DNA of 56,812 bases, counting the filler, from Catajapyx aquilonaris (Eukaryota), in NCBI GenBank assembly GCA_000934665.2. It is 2 parts of 2 records of this genome, joined end to end, with 100 filler letters (N's around TTAATTAATTAA, not from the genome) between each part and the next. Parts side by side here need not be neighbours in the genome. Positions count along the whole stretch, not along the records: positions 1 to 28,368 come from JYFJ02004927.1; 1 more part is not named here. The stretch is one strand, 5' to 3'. The notes beneath the pieces are model-generated. The model was not told where the DNA came from. It did not search any database and saw nothing but the letters and a program-made list of their open reading frames with translations. Positions 11,342-24,100 of this stretch are shown here, one piece after another. The stretch's first letter is position 1; every line of letters begins with the position of its first letter. The position numbers and the translations under genes are program-made.

Positions 11342-14062
11342 CAGAACTCGGTCCCCTTTTTGTTCACCGAGGCCAAAAATGGCACAAAAAGATACCAAAC
11401 CTCGCAAAGGCGTTGTTGGAATCACATCGATGTTTCTTTTCTCGCCTAGAATCGCATCTGTGCATAGCTAGAACCCTACCCCCCCTTTTTTTTTTGAGAA
11501 ACTCGAATCAATAAGCGGTCCTACTTTTGCCCTTACACCTTCCCCAAGTTTCCGATATGGAAGAAAGATTTGGCAATATCACCTCGCAGGCCGATTGTGG
11601 GCGCTTCGTAACAGTACGCGTTTGCGTGGGAATCTGAGTCTCAGATATTGGAACAGAGAAGGCTTGAAAGGGATTCCTCGATTGGGAAGAAAACCAGCTT
11701 ATTGAAACTCAATCCTGGAGAGCATAGGGAGTTGGAGATAAAGTTACCCACGGGCGTGTGTTTTTTTTGGGAAATAACCTCCAGCGATGTGATTCCTATG
11801 ACTCTATCAATATTTGCATAGGGGTTTCAGTATATCTGGTATCCATTAAAAAGATTGTGGTATATTTTTATGAAGACTTGAGGGGGATCCGAATTTAGAA
11901 GGAAGCATGTGGCTACTCTTGAAAGTTTTAATTTTATCTGGCCACCAACATAAGCGTCATAAGGCCATTTTGTAGAGGGCTTTTTTCCAAGCCTCATCAA
12001 GGTCTCTAGATGAAGCCTGAAAATGACAAATGGTTGGCAGGAAGGAAGGGCATAGTTTGGACTAAGGGGGGGTAGGGTCCTTCCACTTTTGGGGAATGCA
12101 AGGCATTATATCATCACTCGCAATTTCCACGGCGACCCCACGGCTTGAGGTCTGGCCACCACTTTTCGGCTCTAACAGCTTGCTACGAATTGTCCCACAT
12201 TCGTCTGGCTACAATGGCCGCGGCACACGGATTATTGTGGACTGGAGGTTTTTGAAATATTGCGGAAAGGATCGACGTTTACTCTGGTGTCAGGATTTCG
12301 GAGCAACAGATGGAGACAGTTATGTGCATGATTATTTTCACTGCTGCTCATTTCCAGCCACCAGATGGCAAAGTTTTTTCCCCTCCAGTATCTTGTGGGG
12401 TGCATAAGAATGGGTCCATTACTATCTTGAGAATAGAAACCAGTTGCGCAATGTCACGTGACTTGCCTCCCATTCGGATCAACAGATGGCGACAGCTACT
12501 CGCATATTTTACGCTCCTGTTGGCAGATGGCGGGAGAGACGTACGCGTTCCATTACTGTCGCCATCTATTGCTGCTGGGGGAGAAACCAGGCACGTAGCA
12601 CGCACCTTGCCGTCTAGTAATGAATATCGCGTTACTTGCCAAAGAAATAACAGCATTTGTCACATGCCAACGGTCCGTACTTAACTGATGCCTTTCCTCG
12701 CACATTTTGATAACTGGATGAAAAGAACTTGGCAGCTTTATTTCTGGAAGGAGAAACCTTTTGAGGGCAGGGCGCCCTATTCTAACACTGTTCCAGCCAC
12801 ACTCCTAATCGCTTCTTCATAAATCACCATCATTGTCGTTTCAAGCGAAACTGCGGGGGCTTCCCCTCAAAAACTTGTAAAGACTCTCGCTTCAAACTGA
12901 AAGACTTTTGTCCTCACTTGGTAACGCTTCCTCATAACGGTTGCCACAACTCGGGAAGATTTATAGGTTATAGGGCGTGGATGGTATTTCGGACTGTGAT
13001 GAACTGATAATTAGAGCAGATGGTGGTTAGATACGTCGAAACGAAGAAATTTTGACCTAGATTTTTTTGGTGGCCAATAGAGGGTTTGAGGTTGTCTGGG
13101 AACGATCCTCAGGGTCAGATATGATGACTTAGAGGAGGTCATGAGTTACAAATCTAAGTACTGCGATAACATGGGCTAAAGTTCTGAAAATCTTTCTCCA
13201 CTTGCTGCAGGTAGTTTTCAAGTAGGTCATAGAGCTCGTTGCATCTGCGTGTAATGTAATCTTCGGCTCCGGGTGGTAACGAACTTCTAATTGGATATCG
13301 TTGTAAGGTCAGGGTGGGATTTGTAGGTCGACCCATAACCGCCGGCAAGGTAATTAGCAAGCCTCACCATTTTGTGCCTTGTAAAGTAATGATCCAGAAG
13401 GTGAAATGGGATCCGAGGGTGACAAGAGAGAGGGGTTGGAAACAAAGTTTCCAAACCCCGTGCCCTCCGGCCTTGTTGGAAACTTGGTAAGACTTACATA
13501 CCAAATCATTATTGAAGCTGACGTAGCTGATGCGATTTTAGAAGGGTCATACCGGGTGTCGTCACGCACAATTTATTGACGTTAACTGTACAAACGAAAG
13601 TAGTGATTTATTAATGACGCTTTAATTTGCCCCCCTTTGTTATTCTCAAAGGACCGCAAAACATGTATTGCTTTTATGGATTGTGAATGTTCGCATTTGT
13701 GTGTAGCCATATCGAAAACAGATGAATGCCGGATCAGACAATGCGCCACAAAACAAAAGCTCTACACGACAGGATCTGCCAAAAAGTCAAAAACGTAAAC
13801 CAGCTCTATCAGCAGGGACTAGGCCCTCGACTGGTTAGTGTATAACTCAGTATGTTTTCCGCAACCCTATTGCCTCATCTATCACGGATGGTGAGAATTT
13901 ATTGTCGATAGCGAGTCCCATAAGGGGCCGGGGTTATTTCCCGGTGCCAACTTCCAGATGAAATAAATCAGGGAAAAGGCGTCAGCTTCTTTCCACTTCA
14001 CTTGCCAGTCTCTAGACGCCGAAATCCCGAAAGAGCCAGCCCGCCATGATGACCACGCTGGA

Positions 14063-14175
14063 ATAGGGCTGACCACCCCACGTATAGGGCTGACCACCCC
14101 ACGTGAGGGCTGACCACCCCATGTGTAGGGCTGACCACCCCACGTGTAGGGCTGACCACCACGTGTAGGGTTGAC
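14063..14175. repeat. Minisatellite, ~5 x 20-22 bp
   Basis: tagggctgaccaccccacgtg-type units in tandem. These explain the repetitive ORFs at 13882-14187. Confidence 0.9.
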
Positions 14176-17100
14176 TCCAACTTCCACTATTAATATTTAG
14201 CGTGAAAGAATGCTTTAACGACAGGTTATGAACCCGACGGCTTCAAAAGGGGGTTTGATCAGTCTCCTGGAGGGCAAAAATTGGACACAAGGGAAAAAAC
14301 CTGGTCGCGGGAGGTAGGAATTTGCAATCGGCTTTGAATTTTCGCCATAGATGTTGCCGCCCGCTCGATTTTGAATGGGCTGGCGGTTTCCACAACACGA
14401 TTTGGTCGGTGCCGATAGTTCGTTTACACTCGAATTAACCCTAGGAAAAACGGTATAGGTAGGTAAGAGAAGCTTGTCACTCTTTGCACGACTGACTTTT
14501 CAAAATGTCAATTTTGTACGACTTAGTAACATCAGGAGCCCCTTAATTATTTCTAAGGACCTACCCTTCCGGATCTGTGCTTTTATCGGCTTATATGTGT
14601 AGCATAAACAGAATGTACCTTACATTTCAGGTTTTGTTTCCACAAAGTAAACTTGGAGAGCTTCCGCTTTTATCTCTGCAAAAGTTAGACGTCACGATTT
14701 GTTCTGAAATCACCTTTGGCAACGCGTGCAGTTGGCAATATAATACAAACTGCTTTAACTTGCTCTGTGCAGTATGTAACTTTTTTTTGTGTAGCCATGT
14801 TAACTACACGCGGGGGCTAGAGTGGAACACGCAAAAAAGTGGAGAAATAGCAATCTGCTGATGACATCCTGATCGTGCAGTTGAATCGAGTAGGGCTCTT
14901 GGCAACTGTCTTGGCTTGACACGTCTCAGGATGAAAAGAAGACCCAAGAAAAAAAAAGTAAGAGGATATATAAACGCACGCAACTGATAGTCTCAGGACT
15001 ACCACAACCTTACTTCAAAGGGAAGAGGTGTGAAAAGTGATATAATCAGGATGTGTGTGGAAGTCTGCCAACAATTTCGTTTATAATGGATGATACGTCA
15101 AATGTAATTGAGGTTTTTCAACTATTCGTGGAGGTGAGGGTGAAAGGTATCATTTAATGATTGTGCGGTCGTGATCTGGCAATTTAACGATTAAAATGTG
15201 TGGAATAGTTTCGATCGTTTATTCTGTTGGTTATAAACATTTGATGATTTTGGTGCTTCATCATCTATCATACATATCGTGTATGTAGCGTATTTCCAGT
15301 TGAAATTATTTGCAGTTCAGGAAAATTCCAACACTGTTTAGAATATTTTTTTAAAATTCCAGCTACCTGTTACAAGCCTTAGGCCGCTACATAAAATACG
15401 CACGTCATTGATATTGCATCCGCATTTTTACAGTCCGCTTACAGTAGTGCATAGCAGCAAAAAAAATAAAATCTGAAATATTAAAATCCCAAAAGTATGC
15501 CCAGAACCGTCATTAAATCGAGTTAGATATTGCACCAGCTTCGAATCGGATATAACTTGGGGCTATTTTAGCCGCAACGTGCAGCCCCCGTATAATTCGA
15601 CGCCAACGGTCACCTTCCTTAATACAACCTGACATCCCGCTTTGTACAGTACTCGGAATTTAATAACCTTTACAAATGATATACGTTTGCTGTCTATTTC
15701 CTCCCAAGTGCTACCACTTAATCTGGGACTCTAATGAAAATACTTTTGACATACCGTATCCCTGGATACCGGATCGAACAATACGCTTCAAAATTATCTA
15801 ATTCTAGGTAACACCTTGATTTTATTGAAATTGATATGAAATTATTTTTTAGCTAATTTTGCAGTGAGTCGGCCCTAGGCAACCCAGGCGTTGGTGACGT
15901 CACATACCCCCCCNCCCCCCCCCCCCCCCCAAAAAAAAAACATAGGAAGCTGCATGTTTCCGCTGACACTTCATGATGGGCTGTATGTGGGGTGGAGAGA
16001 CATTATCTCTTGACAAGTGCACTGTAAACGAGGACGTGCTCACTCTCATCCGGAATTTTTTTTAGTCATTGTTGTGTAGGCTGTAATCTGGCGTGTGTTT
16101 CGTGACAAAAACTCTAACTTGATAAGTGCAAATGAAAGGAAACGGTACAATTAGAGGCTTTGATAGGATAGGATCTCATTAGGTTCAGTTTTTTTTTAAT
16201 GTGGGAGGAACATAGTTCCCTGAGAGGATAAAGTTAAACCAGACCCAACCCCGTTATTTTATTCAGGGATATTGGATTATTCATAAGTGGTCGAGTGGAA
16301 TCGATCCCACAACTTGACCCTATCCGTATACATTGGGACTAGAATTTTCCGCCTGTAGCTTTTTCGCTTTAAAGTAATTCCCAAAACGTCTGAACACGCC
16401 CCATTTTTTTTGGAGTCACTAAAAAAACGGGTTTCAGGTTTCCTTTATGTTACGATTGAGCTGGAAAACAAAAGAGAGAACCTCTATTGTTACATCTCAG
16501 CGGTAATGAGACCGCGACAAATATGGAAAGTCATTTGTTCTCGTGTCGTTTAAAGTTGGGGGAATAGTTTGTGCTAAAGCTAGTACCTAATATCTGCTCC
16601 CGCTGCGATTTTTTGAGGGGGGGGGGTATGAAAAACAAGCATATTTGCACATGCGCAATATGGTTGTAAAGTATATCTCATGCGGTGGTTTTCCGGCAGT
16701 GGACCTGCGGTTTGTTAATGAAGTCCGGTTTTGTGCCTAGTTTTTATGCTGAAAAAGGCTGTTGTGGTGTATGGTCGGTTTTTGATATTATGTGGACTAA
16801 GTTAGGTCCTCATAGGAACGTTATAGGTCATTTTGAAGTGCAGTTTTTTACTACCTTGAAATTGTCCAGTGACTGATGAGAACTTACCTAGAGAATGATC
16901 CAATTCAAATTTCGTGGGTTAAAGCGATAAGTTATTTATATTTTAATTGCTGCTCATTATTGCTATGTTCGATAAACCCATCTGATTGACTGAAAAAAAG
17001 GAAATGTTCATACTTCATATTAAATGTGGCATTAAATCTACAACGCAGATAGACCAATTTTTCCTGGAATGTAAATATCTCTCGGTACAATGCACATTGA

Positions 17101-18147
17101 ATCAACGTATGCATAATGAGGCACAGTCCATGACTTGCGAATTTATAATTGGAATGGCTGCGGTGGCTTTGTCCATACACTGCAAAAAAAACTCGGATCT
17201 ATTTTCAGCTATGAGAATGTCCATAGTTGTATAGAGTAAGCTGAATGATTCTCTATAGTATAATCGATGTAATTATAACCGTCGAAGGCATGAACGTTAT
17301 CAATATAGGCATCACGCCTTCAGTCAGTAATGGAAGTGTAACATTACGCAGATTAATTACGATAACCCCCACTGTACTAACAGACTTTTTCACCAATATC
17401 CTCCGAGGCCTCATCTAACTGATGCGATAACAATCATCCAATCCAAAAGTTGAGAAATTGGACACGATTTTTCTGGAGAGAGTTATTTTTTTTTTGGTCT
17501 GAAATTTTTCAGCATCCATCTCTGTGATAATGGCAGTCCGGAGTTTGTCCATTGAATTTGGAATTCATCAGAAAAGACGATTCCTTCCCGTCAGTGGAAT
17601 TGACAACCACTCTAGCCTCCTGATGTTTATGGATCTGTGCTTCCATCGACCAGAAACCCTCTTCGGGTTTCCACCCCCCAAAAAATTGCCCTTCTCTATT
17701 CAAACTCACGTCTCACACTGACTCTTATGATGGAAGGGTCGAGGACCAAATGACTCAAGCAGGCTCTAAGAAAGGACCTGAATGGAGAAACAGAAGACTT
17801 AAGTAGTGGCCTACATAACAACTCTCCTATTCATAACACGGTTAATTTTTTTGCTGCCATAACTGGCTGTAAACACGTTGAAAACCCTGTTGGCTATCAT
17901 AATAAGCAGACTAAAATGGCGGGGGCATCTCCGGAACGGTTGAAACTAAATCTGTCGTTTCCCGGCACCAAATGGTTTGCTGAAGCTGTACTAAAAACCG
18001 CGTTTCCGGCAGAAAGATGGTCGGTTTTTAGTGAAAAGGGCAGGGTTGTATTTCACAGGCTTGGCTTCGGGCGCGTGGATTGACCGTTAACAACAGGTAG
18101 TAGGCGGAAGTGAACCCGCCATATTTGGGTCTCAGTCTGTATTTTAG

Positions 18148-21100
18148 GAACATAATGTGGTAACAGAAACTGTTCATTACAGAAGGAGACGTTGGTGCAG
18201 AAGCAGCGTGTCACTCCGTGATCTGCTCTTGGTGGTGGGATCCTTCTCCGTCCTATCCCTGTATATCTCCTACAACGTGACCCCTAACCCCTCGTCACCA
18301 TGGAGGTCCACCAAGTCTCAGGTCTTCTTCAAGACATCTGAAAAGGAGCAGCCTCTCTCGCTTACTCACCTAAGGCACTTGCTAAGAGAGGTGAGTAGGA
18401 AATCTTGTCTTTTTTCCGCCCCCGGAAGTAACGTTTTCAAGCAATCCAATAGCAGCCCGAGACTTCTTGAAAGACTGAAAAAAAAGAAGTTGGCAGTGAC
18501 TAAGACCCACATTTCTTTTTCCAGCTACTTCATTACCTATTAACCTATTCGAACCCCCAAAAGTTTTTTCACTTATCCGGACTTTTGAAATAGAAAAAAA
18601 AGCGTAACTGTTGATAAGATTGCAGTCTGAATGGAGTCGATCATGCTCAGATGTGGCGCCTTTTCAAATGGTGAGCCCCAGAGGGTATCGATGCAAAAAG
18701 ACGGAAAAAGATCGATCAGGTTTAGGATTAAGTGCTAGACATTGCTCAGTAACAGAAACCGGTATTGTTGTGTAGGTGTGGCATAGGCTTGTTTACTCTC
18801 AGCCGACGGAGGAAAGAAGGGAAATGAAGCGGAGACCGGTTAACCTTTGAGGTCGCGCCCACTGGAAATGTTTATGGAGCATTCACACGCGGTTTGGGGA
18901 TTAGACGCAGGCGGCCCAGGGGATATTGCTGGGATTTGCGGCGAATAGGGCCTAGATAGAGGCACTGGCCAGGACACCCACAGTTGCCAACGCCGCACGC
19001 CTTTACCTCAAATACCCTCGGACGTTGCATCGCTAAGCACAGCGGAATTAGGGCTATATGTGTGTGTACATCGTACTTCCCCCTCCATATGTTTGAAAAA
19101 AAACAAAACAAAAGGGGTTTTGAGCTAATAATGCAACTTTAATTACAAATCGCGGCCTCTTTTCATCTAGGGGACAATGTTGTGGAGGGGGTCGGTATGA
19201 ATGTGCAGGCTCTGTTGGAGGACTGGAGAATGGGTACGATTGTGTATGGTACGACGGATGGCTGAACCGATGTTTTCATGAGCTCGGTGGCAAGATCATG
19301 AAGCGGATAAATACAATGGGCGCAATTAAACTCGATAGTTGTTGCCTATTTATATGGGCTGTGTGCATTCGCGGGGATTTGATTGGCTGTGCAGATTCTG
19401 CGTCTTATAATGTACGTTGTTTCTGAATATTACATGATATCATTTTTAGATATGTCGATAGGCGTAATGGCGTGGGCCAGCCAGCCCGTGTTTGTATAGT
19501 GAATACCATATTTTTATTTACTCTACAGAGGAGCCCATATTCAACTTCTTTTTTCTAGTATGTGCAGGGCTAACCATTATGTACACTGTAGGACTGTAGA
19601 TCAATTAATGCAATTTTGACCTACTTATTAACAGTGACCTATGCAAAAAATATCACATACTGTATTTATCCAACCTAGTTAGCCGGCAGAGTCATATATT
19701 CACTTTTATGCGAATATGAAATGTATCAATTTCAAGTAAGTCAGAACCATATAGAGGCTGGTGCCTCCCACTATCTTCAAAGAGGCCGTCAAAGTTAGAT
19801 CTTAATGGAGAAGGAAAGTCGGTGAAGTGATGTCGTGGGCGTGTTATTGATAAGAGGGACATTTCCAATCAGAGATTTACCGCCGGCCCCAAGTTAAGTT
19901 CAGGGGAGCGGCCGGGAGTTCCAGAGGACAGAAGGAATCCTTTCCTCCGTCATAAATCGGCGAGGGACAGGCTTGATGGGCGACTCGCCAGGTCATTGGA
20001 ATCGGGAATCGGCCCCGCGAAACTTGGCCTCAAGAGTCTCCCCGAGAAGAATTCTTCTCTTTTTTGGAAGTGATTCTTCAGTTTAGATGCTCATTTGAGC
20101 TCCACTGATCGATGTCGAGCAGGAGCTGCGAACTTTGTGGTCCATACAGGGTGAGCCGGCATAGGGAAGGGTGTAAATAACACTTTCTGTTGTCGGCTAC
20201 TGTTGACGATCGGGCGTGATCAAGCCTGGGCATAACGCATGACCGTTAACGGTCGGGCGGCCATATTTGGGTCACCTACTATTTGGCTGTTTTTGAACAT
20301 TATGAATGGATTTTTGAAGGTGAATTGTTTCCGGTTCACCCTATATAGGTGCTTGAGAAGTGAGAGAGCGAAAAAGAACTGGATCGGGAGGTTGAAGTGG
20401 AAGAAAAAATATGATGTGCCTGGGACAGGCACCTTGAGGGATTCTCGTATTCTGGGTGTACCACCCCACCCCACCCCCGACGGGCATCGAATTGGCGCCG
20501 GCTTCAGAATGAGACCAGAGAAAAAAAAAAATCGAGTCCCAATTTTTTGGAGAATACTTCATTACCGGGGGGTTTGGGCTGGGGCTTGAATTCTTAATAA
20601 TCGCGTGATGGATCGTTCTTGAATTTTTTCGCATAGTGCAAAAGAAGTAGAGAGAAAAAGTTTTTATTCAGAAGCTGCGGCATACCAGCTCACTCGCATA
20701 AATCCCCATTAGGAAAAACGCGTGTTGATAATTTGACTCTGGCTTCGGGTACAGAAAAGCTCTGGATTACATGCTCCTCCGCTTCTAAAGCTGGTGCTAT
20801 AACTTGATAAATGGAAACACATTATAGAAGAAACTTACTTTTGTGTCATATTTTGCTACTGTACAACGTACAGTCTTAAAATAATTAATTAACTATTAAT
20901 TGCAACCAACCCTCAGGGAAAGCACGTACCCACACAAACAAACAAAAATTTCGCACACCCTGTACAGTTGTCGAAAAGTTCGCCATTAAAGCCGGACCTG
21001 TAAAGTCCCACCGCAGACCCCACAAAGTCCTCCGGGTAATCCGGGGGATGAACAGAGACCCTTGTCGTCCAACCTGTCACGTCCCCCAGCAAGGGATTGT

Positions 21101-24100
21101 GTAGCTTTTTGCCCGTGGCCCCCTCTTTTTTGGCGGGGACCCACGGGTAGGGGGATCGGGTGGGATCGTCCCGATCCGTAGTCCTCTCCACCACAATCAT
21201 TGACATTCGGACTCGATCCCCACCGAAAAAAGTCCAGGTCATCCCAATCAACCTTTTTTTGCCCCCCCATGTCCCCTCCAGGCCTTGCGCACGTTTCTAG
21301 TTACGTGTTTGGGCTTGCATCGCTAAGAAATAGAGCCAGGGAGCAGCTTGCTTCCAGGCACAAAGTAGAGCCTTAATGAGTTTATAATTTCGGCGACTTA
21401 GCAGTTAACGGGCTCACGGTGTTTACAGTAAGCTGAGCCCGGATTGTGACATCTTTTTAGGCTTGCCTTAGGGACAGTATGCAGTACACTCGACTTCAAA
21501 GTTCGCTCCTGAGGAATTTTCATGGAAAATATTGCAATGGACCAGAACCGGACCTTTGTCAACCAGGCTTGGTCCAGCCGAGTACTAAACACCAATATTG
21601 ACAACAAGTGAAGCATCATTAGAAGGTTGTTTGCTGCGACACTCAGCACCAAACAAAAGTGATTTGTGATGCGCATCGAATAGTCGTTAGCAGATATCTC
21701 TGCATGCTGGGGGTTAGGGACTGTGCGAATAATTTAAGCTCAGAAACTAAGCCTGAATTCCGCATGACATGACCCAGTTACATTCTGTCATCGAGGCAGA
21801 AGTTTATGCACTGCTGCTACTCCACACCAATCCGCGGACGACTTTTTTGCCGAAAGATGTCAGACCCCCTGTAGTAGAACATATTTTTTAAAATGTAAAA
21901 ATGTTACACCGGACCACCTCCCTCTTGCGTTTCCGGATCCGAAAAACGAGATTCCGCTAACGACGTTACCCCTTCGCGCTTCAAGCTGTCGGAAGTGCCA
22001 TTAGATTAAGTTTGCAGCCTAACTGATCAAGACTTATCCGTTTAGTCTAGTTCGAAGCTTCCGAGCGACCTTTTCTCTCGATCAATTTAATCCTCTTGAA
22101 GACACTGTACAATATTTTCCATCCCCAAAAAAACAAGATGCACGAGACGGTTAATTAGCTGCTACTGCTACTGCATTTCCATACAAACACCAGGCCCTGA
22201 ATATCGAATCGCAGGCCAAAATTGTGGCCAGATCTCCTTTCCCCTCAAGGAGACTCTTCTCATTCCGAACATCCCGCCAAGGAAACGTGTCCAACCTCCC
22301 ACTGGTGCAGCTCCTCTAAAGGGAAACCCTCCTCTGAAAACAAATACAAGGTTCGAAGAAGCCCTTAATTATTTATCCAGGCCCGAATGTCTCCTTTCGG
22401 AAACGAGCTGAACTCCAATAAGACGGAGTGAATCTGGTCCGAGAGATCGAGTGAGAAAAAGGGGAGTCTTAGGATCTCGATAAGCAGCTATTCACTTGAC
22501 TTTCTGATGGAGACGCATTTTCTTTTGGAGGCTTTGCAGATGGTATTGCCGCCATGACATTTTTCGCCTCGCTGGAACGTTCGGGACGTTAAGCGCTATA
22601 TTTAACGTATTTTTTGGCCAAGAGCGTTATTTTTAACGTATTTTTGTTCGAAAGCGTTATTTTTAACGACATTTTGTTCGAAGCGTTTATTTTTGTTTGG
22701 TGTCAATTTTGAGGTGAAGTAGGGTCATTCTTGAAGGGTTTTTAACCTCACGACCGCCCCCCGTATGCGGCAGAGTCGTATGAATGCGCTCCACGTCAAT
22801 TGTGTGAGCGAGAGGGGGGTTCCCGTAGAGGGCGCTCTATTATTAATGCCCTGATACCCCCCAAAGGTACGTGTGTTTTGTGCGATACTTACCCAAATTG
22901 CACGGCGGTCCCCTTTCTGGGTAGCACGATATAAATCAGACAGCAACCGACATCAAAAGTCGCAATATTCTACGCCATTGTTGAACGGAACAAAGCGGGT
23001 GCGTTTTGCGTCTGATAATTCATTTCGAGCTGCGGCTACATGACACCCGCCATTTTTCTACGCCCACCTTGGAAGGATTGTCAAGGAAAAATGAACTGCT
23101 TTGTCTTTGGGAGACTCAGCCTGATTGTGTATCCGCATGCGATTTCCTTCAAACTCGCAACCGGTTCTAATAAGTTACGTAGAGCCAAGGGTGATTGATG
23201 ACCGTTAACGGCCCGGATACAATGTGGGGCACCCGTCCCAAAAAGGGTTCCACTTGTACGTTTCTCTAAGCCTCTGTCTTTTTAAACCGGGAGATAAAGG
23301 AGGGTGGGTTCTCCCAGACACTTCGATCAATGCCGCGAAGATTAAGTCCGAGGGATCAAGTACGATACACCTGTAAGGTTTCCATCGGGTTTTCAAGAGC
23401 GATAGTATCGTCATGGTCTAACAACCTTACAATTCTTTGGGGGTGGTTGTAGCATAATCCGGGCCAAGACTTTGGGGGTGACATCTTTCTTTCATCCGGG
23501 ATCACAATCCGTCACATCCGGGACAAAGCGACGCCATTTGCCACCCACTAGCCCACCCTCAAATTGGTTTCTAGCCGCGTCTAGTGACAGATGAGGAATG
23601 ATTCGACGGCGACCTCCTCCGTATTTGTTCCGGGAGAATGGATAGCAATAGTCTCTTCACCGTTTCGCGGGGTGCTATTGTCTTAGGAGGTCACTTTCCT
23701 ACTGTTTGTTAGAGCCAAATGGGATCCTACTGCGGCGTGTTTCCCGCACTAAACCACTGCTTTGTTGATTGAATAACTGGCGTAACATCACAATGGTGTG
23801 TACACAAAAGGTCCATGTGAATGAAAATGTAACCGTTTTGTATGGCCAAGGGCAACATGATGGAGCACCAGACATTTCATTTTTAAGCACAACTGCTGCC
23901 AGAATATTCGGCAAAACAATATGTGTTATTGAAATCGGAAATATCGTTTGTAAATCCAGTTGTGTCTGGACGGTGTAAATATTTGTTTACGAGATTTATT
24001 TACGCTTCTCTGGGCTGATAATACAGTTATATTGACACTGCCTGCGATTTTATGAAAATAATGAATGATCTTATTTTCAGCTGGAAGAGGAGCAGTTGTT

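Noticed and set aside
13882..14187. ORFs with GGQPYTW or VVSP repeats; also a CRISPR-like appearance
   Set aside because: Translation of a minisatellite. There are no unique spacers, no cas genes, and the context is eukaryotic.
14877..14945. Hammerhead-like CTGATGA..stem..GAAA
   Set aside because: Stem II overlaps the GAAA core and no stem I/III pairing or cleavage triplet could be found.
19750..21270. GC-richer ORF-like stretches in CPED1 intron 1
   Set aside because: No recognisable motifs or consistent splice structure; probably decayed repeats.
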